Part shown: one piece after another, positions 33,747 through 45,179 of the stretch | How the letters are laid out: the number at the start of each line of letters is the position of its first letter | Numbering within the stretch: position 1 is the stretch's first letter | Source of the DNA: Planctomycetota bacterium | GTDB taxonomy: Bacteria; Planctomycetota; UBA11346 | Direction: 5' to 3' | Assembly: GCA_025055595.1 (NCBI GenBank) | Contig: JANWWU010000066.1 | Location: 11,147 to 75,146 of the forward strand | Length of the DNA: 64,000 nucleotides | Notes under the pieces: generated by a model | What the model was told of the DNA's origin: nothing | Database searches by the model: none | The model's input: only the letters and a program-made list of their open reading frames with translations | Program-made: the position numbers and the translations under genes

Positions 33747-35318
33747 ATGGCGCCCTCCGACACGCCGCGCGGAACCCGTGCGCTGCCGCCGCTCTCCGGC
33801 CGGCAGCTGGCGGCGCTGGTCCGCGAGCGCCTGCAGCAGGATCCGGCGTGGAGATCGTTCACCGTCGATCAGCGCTGGGTCTGCCCGTGGTGCCTGTCGG
33901 TGATCGGCCGCCGACCGCAGCGCAGCTGGGAGGACTCGATCGCCGCGCACCTCGAGGTGTGCCGGCACTATGCCGGCGGCAGCCGGCCGCCGCTGGCGGC
34001 CGCCGTCGTGCAAGCGCAGATCGCCTTCGAGAACCTCGTGCACCGCGCCAAGAGCGACCCGGCATGGCAGGTCTACGCGGACGGCGTGTGGATCTGCCCG
34101 GCCTGTTTGCAGCGCATCCCGCAGGTGCGGGCGATCGGCGGCAGCCCCTCGCTGCTGACCTACCGCGAGATGGTCCAGCACCTGCAGCGCTGCGCCGCCT
34201 ACGCGCGCGGCACCCTGCATCCCGTCGCGGCGGTGCGCGCGGTGATCGCGCCCCCGGCCCCGCCGCCGGTCACCCCCGCCACCGGCGCCCGCAGCCTCCC
34301 GCCGCCGGCAGCCGGCGGCGCCGCCACGCCGCTCGGCGGCGCCCGCGTCCTGCCCGCGGCCGGCCCCGCCGTGGAGCCGACCGCGGCCACCCCGCTCGGC
34401 GGCGTGCGCATCGTGCTGCCGCCCGCGGCCAGCGAGCCGCCGGTCGCCACCCCGCTCGGCACCCGCGCCCTGCCGCCGCTGCCGCCCGCGCCGAGTCCGC
34501 TGCCAGCGCCGCTGGCGCCGGAGCTCGCCTGGATGGACGAGGCCGATCGCCAGAGCGCGCGCAGCGAGGCCAGCGCTCCCCCGCCCCCCGAGGAACTGCG
34601 CCGCGCCCGCGATCTGCAGCAGCGCCTGCTCGCCGAGGCTCCGGAGATCCCCGGCTTCGCCTTCGCGACGCGCTACGAGCCTTGCGACCATGTCAGCGGC
34701 GACTTCTTCTGCTTCGTCCGCCTGCCGCACGGCGACATCGGCTTCGCGATCGGCGATGTCAGCGGCCACGGCATGCAGGCCGCGCTCGTCATGTCGATGG
34801 CCAAGAAGACGCTGGAGATCTACGCCGCGCAGGGCGGCGGACCGCGCCAGGTCCTCGCCCAGGTCAACGACGCGCTCGCCAGCGACCTCGGCGGCACGAT
34901 GTTCGTCACCGTCACCTACGCCGTCCTGTCGCCGGCGCGGCGGACGATCCGCTGGGTGCGCGCCGGGCACCCGCCGACCCTGGTGTGCAACCATCGCCTC
35001 GGCACGCAGGGCGAGATCAAGCCCGCAGGCATGGTGCTCGGGATGAAGACCGGGGCGCTGTTTTTCGACAGCCTGGAGGAATACGAGATCGATGTCGTGC
35101 CCGGCGACACCTTCCTGCTCTATACCGACGGCATCACCGAGACCACCAACCCCCAGGGCGAGGAGTTCGGCGAGGGGCGGCTCGCCGAGATCTTCGTCCG
35201 CCATGCCAGCGCCGGGGTCGAGTCCCTGCTGACGCAGATCATCGATCGCGTGCGGCATTTCCGCGGCTCGCGACCGGTCGCCGACGATCTCACGCTGCTC
35301 GCGCTCGCTGTGCCATGA
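33747..35318 (+). CDS. SpoIIE/RsbU-type PP2C phosphatase with N-terminal tandem CxxC...HxxxC repeats and Pro-rich linker
   Basis: C-terminal AR.LQ..LL, VSGDF, IGDVSGHG, MFVT, RAGHPP, YTDGITE, DDLT; N-terminal WVCPWC..HLEVC and WICPAC..HLQRC. Confidence 0.88.
   Translation: MAPSDTPRGTRALPPLSGRQLAALVRERLQQDPAWRSFTVDQRWVCPWCLSVIGRRPQRSWEDSIAAHLEVCRHYAGGSRPPLAAAVVQAQIAFENLVHRAKSDPAWQVYADGVWICPACLQRIPQVRAIGGSPSLLTYREMVQHLQRCAAYARGTLHPVAAVRAVIAPPAPPPVTPATGARSLPPPAAGGAATPLGGARVLPAAGPAVEPTAATPLGGVRIVLPPAASEPPVATPLGTRALPPLPPAPSPLPAPLAPELAWMDEADRQSARSEASAPPPPEELRRARDLQQRLLAEAPEIPGFAFATRYEPCDHVSGDFFCFVRLPHGDIGFAIGDVSGHGMQAALVMSMAKKTLEIYAAQGGGPRQVLAQVNDALASDLGGTMFVTVTYAVLSPARRTIRWVRAGHPPTLVCNHRLGTQGEIKPAGMVLGMKTGALFFDSLEEYEIDVVPGDTFLLYTDGITETTNPQGEEFGEGRLAEIFVRHASAGVESLLTQIIDRVRHFRGSRPVADDLTLLALAVP
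34266..34475 (+). repeat. Coding repeat of about 60-63 bp encoding (A)TPLG(G/T)-R-LPP
   Basis: gccac(g/c)ccgctcggc at 34323, 34386 and 34446; a degenerate copy TPATGARSLPP precedes them. Confidence 0.8.
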
Positions 35319-36052
35319 GACTGCAGGCCGCCGCCCTCACCCATCGCGGACGCATCCGCAACCACAACGAAGACGCCGCCTACGCCGATGCCTGGGACCG
35401 GCTGGCGGTGGTCTGCGACGGGATGGGCGGGCACGCTGGCGGACACATCGCTTCCCAGCTCGCGGTCGAGACGATCGTCGCCAGCCTCTCGTCGCTGCGC
35501 GGCGCGGCCTGGGCCGACGAGGAGCGCGTGGTCAAGGCCGTGCAGGAGGCGGTGTTCGCGGCCAACGACCGCATCCTCGCCCGCGCGCGGGTCGATGCGA
35601 CGCTGTCCGACATGGGGACGACGATCGTCCTCGGCGCCTTCATGCCCGACCGCGTGGTCACGGCCTACGTCGGCGACAGCCGGATCTATCGGATCAGCGG
35701 CCGCGAGATCGCCCAGGTCTCCGAGGACCACAGCCTGGTCGCCGAGCGCATCCGCGCCGGCCTGCTCGATCCCGACAGCGAGGAGGCCCGCCTGCTCTCC
35801 AACATCGTCACCCGCGCGCTCGGCATGGAGCAGATCACCGTCGACATGGCGGTCGAGGACCTCGCGCCCGGCGACACCTACCTGCTGTGCACCGACGGCC
35901 TGCACGACCTCGTCCGCGAGGCCGAGATGCTGCGCATCGTCCAGGGCGCGAGCACGCTCGAGCGCGCCTGCGTCGAGCTCGTCGAGCTCGCCCTGCATCG
36001 CGGCGGGCACGACAATGTCACCGTCGCCCTCGTGCGCGCGCTCGCGGAGTGA
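35315..36052 (+). CDS. Stp1/PrpC-family PP2C Ser/Thr phosphatase
   Basis: THRGRIR..NED, VCDGMGGH, MGTT, VGDSR.Y, DHSLV, N.VTRALG, LCTDGL, GG.DN.T; ATGA overlap with the upstream gene. Confidence 0.93.
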   Translation: MRLQAAALTHRGRIRNHNEDAAYADAWDRLAVVCDGMGGHAGGHIASQLAVETIVASLSSLRGAAWADEERVVKAVQEAVFAANDRILARARVDATLSDMGTTIVLGAFMPDRVVTAYVGDSRIYRISGREIAQVSEDHSLVAERIRAGLLDPDSEEARLLSNIVTRALGMEQITVDMAVEDLAPGDTYLLCTDGLHDLVREAEMLRIVQGASTLERACVELVELALHRGGHDNVTVALVRALAE

Positions 36053-36054
36053 GC

Positions 36055-36615
36055 ATGGCCCCCTTCGATCTCGCCGCCGACAACAGCGCCCTGCTGCTGA
36101 TCGATGTCCAGGAGCGCTTCCTGCCCGCGATCCCCGAGATCGCCGGCGAGCGCCCGGTCGGACGCTGCTGCCGGCTGCTGCTCGAGAGCGCGCGCGACCT
36201 CGCGGTGCCGATCCTCGTCAGCGAGCAGTACCCGCAGGGCCTGGGACCGACGCTCGCGCACCTGCAGGAGGCGCTGGCCGGCGCGCCGCGCCATCCGAAG
36301 ACCGCCTTCAGCTGCTGCCGCGACGCCGGCCTGGCGCGCGCGATCGCCGCCCTGCATCGCTCCTGGTGGGTGCTCGCCGGCATCGAGGCTCATGTCTGCG
36401 TGCTCGCCACCGCCGCCGATCTCCTCGCGCAGGGCCGACGCGTCGTCATCGCCGCCGACGCCGTCGCCAGCCGCGACGCTCGCCACGCCGCCTGGGCGCT
36501 GCAGGCGGCGCGCGACCTCGGCGCCCTGGCGTTGCCGGCCGAGACGGTGATCTTCGCCTGGCTCGGCGACGCCGCGCATCCCGCCTTCAAGCGGGTGGCG
36601 GCGCGGCTGCGCTGA
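36055..36615 (+). CDS. Isochorismatase-family hydrolase
   Basis: LLLIDVQERF, SEQYPQGLG.T, KTAFSC, GIEAHVCV. Confidence 0.9.
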   Translation: MAPFDLAADNSALLLIDVQERFLPAIPEIAGERPVGRCCRLLLESARDLAVPILVSEQYPQGLGPTLAHLQEALAGAPRHPKTAFSCCRDAGLARAIAALHRSWWVLAGIEAHVCVLATAADLLAQGRRVVIAADAVASRDARHAAWALQAARDLGALALPAETVIFAWLGDAAHPAFKRVAARLR

Positions 36616-37336
36616 GCGGCGGTGCGCCCTCGGTCATCTCGAGGAAGCGCGCCTCGAGGTCGCCGCCGGCGCTGAGCTCGGCGACCGTGCCCTGGGCGAT
36701 GATCCGGCCGTGGTTGATCACCGACACGCGGTCGCAGGAGGCCTCGACCGTCGACAGCGTGTGCGTGCTCATCAGCACCGCGCCGCCATCCCGCGCCAGC
36801 GCGCGGAACAGGTCGAGCGTGATGCGGATGTGCCTGGGGTCGAGGCCGACCAGCGGCTCGTCGACGATCAGCAGGCGCGGGCGATGCAGCCAGGCGGCGG
36901 CGAGCACGACGCGCTGGCGCTGGCCGTGGCTGTAGCCCTCGGCCAGGCGGTCCCAGAAGCCGGAGAGGTGGAAGAGGTCGTCGCACTCCCGCAGGCGCTC
37001 GGCGAAGGTCGCGCGATCGAGGCCGTAGACGCGGGCGGTGAAATCGAGGAACTCGCGGCCGGTCAGCCGCTCGAAGAGGTAGGGCTCGTCCGGCACATAG
37101 GCGAGGACGCGGCGCGCCGCCTGGCCGTCGCGGACGGCGTCGCAGCCGTCGACGAGGATCTCGCCGGCATCGGGCTGCAGCAGGCCGACGATCATCCGCA
37201 TCGTCGTCGTCTTGCCGGCGCCGTTGGGACCGAGGAAGGCGTGGACCTCGCCCGGCGGCACCGCGAGCGACAGGTCGTCGACCGCGACCAGGCTGCCGAA
37301 GCGCTTGCTGACCTGCCGCAGGACGAGCAGGCTCAT
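36587..37336 (-). CDS. ABC transporter ATP-binding protein
   Basis: GPNGAGKTT, YSHGQRQR, IVDEP, STH; permease gene not adjacent. Confidence 0.92.
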   Translation of the reverse strand: MSLLVLRQVSKRFGSLVAVDDLSLAVPPGEVHAFLGPNGAGKTTTMRMIVGLLQPDAGEILVDGCDAVRDGQAARRVLAYVPDEPYLFERLTGREFLDFTARVYGLDRATFAERLRECDDLFHLSGFWDRLAEGYSHGQRQRVVLAAAWLHRPRLLIVDEPLVGLDPRHIRITLDLFRALARDGGAVLMSTHTLSTVEASCDRVSVINHGRIIAQGTVAELSAGGDLEARFLEMTEGAPPLSAAAPPPA

Positions 37337-37342
37337 GCCGCG

Positions 37343-37348
37343 ATGCTG
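37343..37348 (-). promoter_or_regulatory. -10-like hexamer CAGCAT, 6 nt upstream of ATG 37336
   Basis: CAGCAT-cgcggc-ATG. Confidence 0.45.
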
Positions 37349-37373
37349 CGGCGCGCCGGCGCGCGGCAAGCCG

Positions 37374-38192
37374 TCAGGCGAGCAGCTCGGTCAGATCCTC
37401 CGGCGGATGGCGGATGCCGATGAAGAAGGGGCCGAACTCGGCGTACCAGGCGCTCGCCGGATCGTAGCGCATCTCGGTGACCAGCTTCTTGAAGACCAGC
37501 GGATCGTCGGCGTGCAGGTCGACGCCCCACTCCCAGCTGTCGAGGCCGATCGCGCCGCTGATCACCTGCACGACGCGCTCGCGGTAGCGCGCGCCGACCT
37601 GGCCGTGGCCGCGCATCAGCTGTCGCCGCTCCTCGCTGGAGAGCGCATACCAGTTGCGCTGCTCGCCGCGCCGCTTGCTCATCGGGTAGAAGCAGAGGTG
37701 GCGCTGCGCGGGGATGCGCCGGAACAGCCGGGCATCGAGCTCGGCGGTCAGGCGCGCCAGCTCCTCGCGGTAGGCCTCCTCGTAGCCGGGATCCTCGGGC
37801 CGCCGGCCGCGCGCCGCGAGGGCGCGGCGCGCCGCGGCGCTCGCCTCGTAGAGCCCGAGCTCGATCACCGAGAGGAAGGAGAAGCTCGGCTTGAGGAACT
37901 CGTGCAGGCGCAGGCGGCGGAAGCTGAGCTCGACCTCGTCGAGGGCCTCGACGCTGTCGCGATAGTGCAGGAACAGGAGATCGGCCTTCTGGCCGACGAC
38001 GCTGTACATCGCGCTGTCGCCGCGCGCCGCGCCCTGCATGCGCTCGAGCCAGGCCTGGGCCTCGGCGATCATCTCGATGCCGGCGGAGCAGGCGCGCCAG
38101 CGCGGCCAGTCGACGACATAGCAGTCGTGGAGGACGAACCAGCCCTCGCGGGTCTCCGGGACTTCCGGACTCGGATGCGGGGACTCGCTCAT
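37374..38192 (-). CDS. chdC: Coproheme decarboxylase ChdC (HemQ), chlorite dismutase superfamily
   Basis: EGWFVLHD, GQKAD, FYPMSKRR, WY.L..EER..LM..HG..G, GLD.WEWGV, EMRYD..SA.YAEFGPF. Confidence 0.9.
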   Translation of the reverse strand: MSESPHPSPEVPETREGWFVLHDCYVVDWPRWRACSAGIEMIAEAQAWLERMQGAARGDSAMYSVVGQKADLLFLHYRDSVEALDEVELSFRRLRLHEFLKPSFSFLSVIELGLYEASAAARRALAARGRRPEDPGYEEAYREELARLTAELDARLFRRIPAQRHLCFYPMSKRRGEQRNWYALSSEERRQLMRGHGQVGARYRERVVQVISGAIGLDSWEWGVDLHADDPLVFKKLVTEMRYDPASAWYAEFGPFFIGIRHPPEDLTELLA

Positions 38193-38198
38193 GCCGCC

Positions 38199-38204
38199 AC
38201 CTTA
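38199..38204 (-). promoter_or_regulatory. -10-like hexamer TAAGGT, 6 nt upstream of chdC ATG
   Basis: TAAGGT-ggcggc-ATG. Confidence 0.6.
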
Positions 38205-38286
38205 GCGGCGCTGCGCGCCGCGCCAAGCGCGCGGAGAGCGTCGCGCGCCGCGGTTGCCGCGCGCGCGACGACCATAAGCCGAACGG

Positions 38287-41122
<2,836 letters not shown>

Positions 41123-41148
<26 letters not shown>

Positions 41149-42037
41149 CGAGCTCGGGATCGGCGAGGCGGACGACCGACCACGGCGGCACCGAGCGCGT
41201 CAGCCAGACATTGCCGCCGATCACGCTGTGCGCGCCGACGACGGTGTCGCCGCCGAGGATCGTCGCGCCGGCGTAGATCGTCACATGGTCCTCGAGGTCG
41301 GGGTGGCGCTTGTTGGCGGCCCCGCGCACCAGCTCGCCGTCGGCGCCGCGCGCCAGCGGGTTCCAGGCGACGAGGCCGACGCCCTGGTAGAGCAGGCAGC
41401 GCTTGCCGATGCGGCTGGTCTCGCCGATCACCACGCCGGTGCCGTGATCGATGAAGAAGCTCTCGTCGATCGCCGCCCCGGGATGGATGTCGATGCCGGT
41501 GCGGCCGTGCGCGTGCTCGGTCAGCATCCGCGGCAGCAGCGGGATCCCGCGGCGATACAGGCGGTGGGCGAAGCGCTGGATGCTGACGGCGACGATCGAG
41601 GGATAGGCGAGGACGACGACCTCGCGCTCGCTGGCCGCCGGATCATTGGCGTAGGCCCACTCGACATCGGTGATGACCAGCTCGCGGACGGCGACGAGGT
41701 CGGCGAGCAATTCGGCGACCAGGCCGCGCAGCGCCGCCGGCTCCGGCTCGCTGCCGCCTTCGCGGCGCGCCTGGTAGCGGCAGGCGCGCGCCACCTGCTC
41801 GAGCAGCGTGCCTTCGAAGGCGGCGAGGCGCGCGCAGAGGAAGTCGTCGAGGCGCGCGCCGCCGACCGGCTCGGCGACGAAGTAGCCGGGGAAGAGCAGG
41901 GTCAGCAGCTGGCGGGCGAGCAGGGCGACGCTCTCGCGGTCGGGCAGGCTGGCCTCGTTGACCCCGGGCTGGCGCTGGTAGGCGGCGCGCAGCCGCCTGG
42001 CGACCTCGGCGAGGCTGGCGAACAGGGCATCGCTCAT
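41123..42037 (-). CDS. cysE: Serine O-acetyltransferase (EpsC/CysE type)
   Basis: LFPGYF, DPAA, YP, TGIDIHPGA.I, FFIDHGTGVVIGET, KRHP, IYAGATILGG. Confidence 0.93.
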
Positions 42038-43974
42038 GGGGGATTCCTCAGCAAGCGCGGCAGGGGCAGCAGCGCCTCGCCGGGTTGGCGCGCGGCGTTG
42101 GTGCGCGCCGCGCCGAGGCGCCGCTCGTAGAGCGCGGCGTGCTCCTCGCGTCCTCGCCCGTCCTGGCGGCGATCGGCGGCGAGGCCGGCGAGCGCCCGCT
42201 CCCAGGCCTGCGCGGCGCGCGTCCAGTCGCGCTCGAGGAAGCGGATGCAGGCGATCGTATCCCACAGGCCGTGGGCGGCGGCCGGCGGCAGGCGCTCGGC
42301 GGCCTGCTCCAGCCGCGGCAGGAGGCGGCGGGCCTGCGCGAGGTCCTGGGCCGTCGGCTCGGCGCTGCCGGCGACCAGCGCGTAGGCCCAGGCGTTGTCG
42401 ACCATCAGCTCCAGGCTGGCGTCGCCGAGCCGCATCACCGCCAGCGCCGCCAGGCGGTGGCGCAGTGGCCACAGCTCGTCGTCGCCGCCCAGCCGCTCGA
42501 TCGCGCCGAGCTGCAGCCAGGCCAGGCGCTGGCGCTCGCCGGCATCGACCGCGCCGAGCCAGGCGATCAGCGGGCCGCTGTCGCCGTGATCGGCGGCGGC
42601 GAGGCCCCGCGCCAGCGCCGGCTCCTCGCTCGACCAGGCCGCCAGCTCCTGCACCGGATCCGCGACCTGGCGCGCGGCGCGCACCGGATCGAGCAGCAGG
42701 CTGGCGACGAAGAGCGCGCAGACAGCGAGGAAGGCGACGATGGCGAGGCGCATGCGGGCGACCAGGCGATGGTGAGCGGCGGCGAGCTCAGCATTGCGCG
42801 CGCAGGCGCGCAGGAAGCGGACGCGCTCGCGGATCGAGCGGTGCCGCCAGCTCGGCTCGTCCTCCGGGGTCCCGGAGAGCCGGGCGACCGCCTGCAGGGC
42901 CGAGGTCATCGCCGTCGTGCCGGCGAGCTGCGCGCCGGCGAGGTCGGCCTGCCGCTCGCAGGCGCGGCTGAGCGCGGCGAAGGGCCCGCGGATCCAGCCC
43001 AGCAGCAGGACGCCGAGGACGGCGATCGCCAGCCAGTCCTCGGGCAGCGCCGCCAGCTCCGGCCACCGGGCGAGCAGCGACTCGCCCAGCGCCGCCAGCC
43101 ACTCGAGCAGCAGCCAGTTGGCGAGCATCGCGCACAGCGCGAAGGCGAGGTAGAGCCAGAGATGCCCGTGGCGATGGTGACCGAGCTCGTGGCCGATCAC
43201 CGCCCGCACCTGCTCGGCGGGCAGGTCGGCGAGCAGGTCGTCGCTGACCAGGACCCAGCGCAGCCGCGGCAGGATGCCGATCGCCAGCGCGTTGTGCACG
43301 GCGCCGCCGGCGGAGCGCCACAGGCACAGCCGCGCGATCCCGGCGCAGTCGCGCTCGAGCAGCCGGCGCAGCTCGCCAGGAGGCAGCGGCTGCGCGCCCC
43401 ATAGCGGCAGCAGGGCGAGCGGCAGGAAGGCGAGCAGGCCGAGGACGAGAAGCCAGCCGCCGAGCAGGGAGAGCAGCAGGCCCTGCCAGCCGCTGAACCA
43501 CGCCAGGGTGCCGAACTCGCGCCCGAACCACTCGCAGAGGTCGATGATCGGCAGCACGAGCAGCACCGGTGCCAGCTCGAAGCGCAGATGATGCAGGACC
43601 AGGGCGCGGCGCGTCCACGGCACGCCGCTGATGCGGCTGATCGCCGGCGCCAGGCCCCACCACAGGCTGGCGTGCATCAGCACCCAGGGCAGCAGCGCGA
43701 GCGTCCAGCCCGGGGCCCAGGCCGCCCAGCCCCAGCGCCAGCACAGGAGCGCGAAGACGGCGAGGCCGCCGAGCTGCCCGCCGCGCTCGACCGCGCGCAG
43801 GGCGCGCCGGTCGCCGTGGCGCGCCAGCCAGTTGCCGACGCCGATCACCCCGAGCGCCCAGCCCGCCACCAGCAGCAAGGCGGCGAGCACAGTGCTCTGC
43901 GCGTCCGCCACCGGACGCGCGGCGAACACCTGGAGCACGAGCAGCGCGGCGAGCACCGGCAGCAGTGCGCCCAT
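42034..43974 (-). CDS. M48 (HtpX/Ste24) membrane zinc metallopeptidase with C-terminal TPR-like extension
   Basis: Multiple TMs, NALA.G, VIGHELGH, ERQAD, H.SI.ER; helical C-terminal domain. Confidence 0.85.
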   Translation of the reverse strand: MGALLPVLAALLVLQVFAARPVADAQSTVLAALLLVAGWALGVIGVGNWLARHGDRRALRAVERGGQLGGLAVFALLCWRWGWAAWAPGWTLALLPWVLMHASLWWGLAPAISRISGVPWTRRALVLHHLRFELAPVLLVLPIIDLCEWFGREFGTLAWFSGWQGLLLSLLGGWLLVLGLLAFLPLALLPLWGAQPLPPGELRRLLERDCAGIARLCLWRSAGGAVHNALAIGILPRLRWVLVSDDLLADLPAEQVRAVIGHELGHHRHGHLWLYLAFALCAMLANWLLLEWLAALGESLLARWPELAALPEDWLAIAVLGVLLLGWIRGPFAALSRACERQADLAGAQLAGTTAMTSALQAVARLSGTPEDEPSWRHRSIRERVRFLRACARNAELAAAHHRLVARMRLAIVAFLAVCALFVASLLLDPVRAARQVADPVQELAAWSSEEPALARGLAAADHGDSGPLIAWLGAVDAGERQRLAWLQLGAIERLGGDDELWPLRHRLAALAVMRLGDASLELMVDNAWAYALVAGSAEPTAQDLAQARRLLPRLEQAAERLPPAAAHGLWDTIACIRFLERDWTRAAQAWERALAGLAADRRQDGRGREEHAALYERRLGAARTNAARQPGEALLPLPRLLRNPP

Positions 43975-43980
43975 GCCGGG

Positions 43981-43986
43981 ATGCTG
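43981..43986 (-). promoter_or_regulatory. -10-like hexamer CAGCAT, 6 nt upstream of ATG 43974
   Basis: CAGCAT-cccggc-ATG. Confidence 0.45.
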
Positions 43987-44037
43987 CGTCGGCGGCCAGC
44001 GGCGCCAGAGCCGGGCTTTGCCGCTTCCGCCGGCGAC

Positions 44038-44043
44038 GACACT
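44038..44043 (+). promoter_or_regulatory. -10-like hexamer GACACT, 6 nt upstream of ATG 44050
   Basis: GACACT-cgcgtc-ATG. Confidence 0.45.
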
Positions 44044-44049
44044 CGCGTC

Positions 44050-44574
44050 ATGGCAGAAGCGCCGGAACAGCTCGCTCGCCTGCGCGCCGCCTGCCTCGAC
44101 GCGCTCTGCCTCGGCGCGCCGCCGCCGGCCGCCGACTGCGCGGCGTGGCTGACCGAGGTCGTGCCGCCGGGCACGGCGCGCGGCGTCGCCGAGGTCCCGG
44201 AGCCGTGGCGCGCGGCGCTCGCCTGGTGCGGGGTGCCGCTCGCTCGCGGTCCGCTGCGCTGGGGCGTCGATCTCCGCGTCGCCCCCGCGCTCGCCGCCCC
44301 GCGCCGCCGCGGCCGGCGGCTCGAGCTGCCCGCCGCCGAGCAGCTGTCCCAGCTCAGCGCGGTCGCGCTGCAGCCGCTGCGGCGCTTCATCGCCGAACGG
44401 CTCGGCTTCCGCCTGCAGATGGCGCCGGGGGTGCGGCTGTGGCTGTGGCCGGAGCGCGCGCTCGTGCTCTCGCTGCGCCCGCAGCCGCTGCTCGGCTTCT
44501 GCTACGGCCCGAGCCCGGGGCACCGCGTCTACCTCGAGCTGCCGCCCTGGGGCTGGCAGACGATCGCATGGTAG
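44050..44574 (+). CDS. Hypothetical protein (174 aa)
   Basis: Divergent from M48 gene, overlaps the downstream ygfA start; Trp/Leu-rich; no family recognised. Confidence 0.65.
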   Translation: MAEAPEQLARLRAACLDALCLGAPPPAADCAAWLTEVVPPGTARGVAEVPEPWRAALAWCGVPLARGPLRWGVDLRVAPALAAPRRRGRRLELPAAEQLSQLSAVALQPLRRFIAERLGFRLQMAPGVRLWLWPERALVLSLRPQPLLGFCYGPSPGHRVYLELPPWGWQTIAW

Positions 44575-45179
44575 ACGACAAGCGCGCCCTGCGCGCCGCG
44601 CTGCGCGCGGCGCGGCGCGCGCTGCCGCTGGCGCAGCGCGCGCGCGAGGCCGCGGCCGCCGTCGCGGCCTGCGCCCCGCTGAGCGCTGTCGAGGCCCTCG
44701 CCAGCTACGCCGCGCTGCCCGAGGAGCTCGACCTCGCGCCGCTGCATGCCGCGCGCTGGCAGCGCGGGCTGGCGGTGTACCTGCCGCGGGTCGTCGCCCG
44801 CGAGCTGGTCTGGCACGCGGTGCGCGATGCGGCCGAGCTGCGACCGGGCTACCGCGGGATCCCGGAGCCCGATCCCGACCTGCCGCTGTGCGCCCTGCCG
44901 CCGAACTGCCTGGTCCTCGTGCCGGGCCTCGGCTTCACCGCCGACGGCGCACGCCTCGGCCAGGGCGGCGGCTACTATGACCGCCTGCTCGCCGCACGGC
45001 CCGACCTGCGCAGCGTCGGCGTCGGCTTCTCCTGCCAGCTGCTGCCCGCGCTGCCGCAGGCCGCCCACGACCAGCGCCTCGGCGCCGTGCTGATCGCCGG
45101 GCAGTGGTTCCCGAGCGACGCCGTGGCGCGGCTCAGCGCTGGACGATCGGCAGGTACTGCAGCGGAATCTGCAGGATGA
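44568..45179 (+). CDS. ygfA: 5-formyltetrahydrofolate cyclo-ligase
   Basis: K.ALR...R..R, YLPRV, GIPEP, LVPGLGF...G.RLGQGGGYYDR, HDQ. Confidence 0.9.
   Translation: MVDDKRALRAALRAARRALPLAQRAREAAAAVAACAPLSAVEALASYAALPEELDLAPLHAARWQRGLAVYLPRVVARELVWHAVRDAAELRPGYRGIPEPDPDLPLCALPPNCLVLVPGLGFTADGARLGQGGGYYDRLLAARPDLRSVGVGFSCQLLPALPQAAHDQRLGAVLIAGQWFPSDAVARLSAGRSAGTAAESAG

Noticed and set aside
34266..34475. About 60-bp periodic repeat as a possible CRISPR mini-array
   Set aside because: Repeats are short, in frame within a CDS, show synonymous variation, and no cas genes are present.
44050..44567. 6S RNA expected upstream of ygfA
   Set aside because: The region is occupied by a plausible CDS overlapping the ygfA start; no 6S-like rod structure was recognised.
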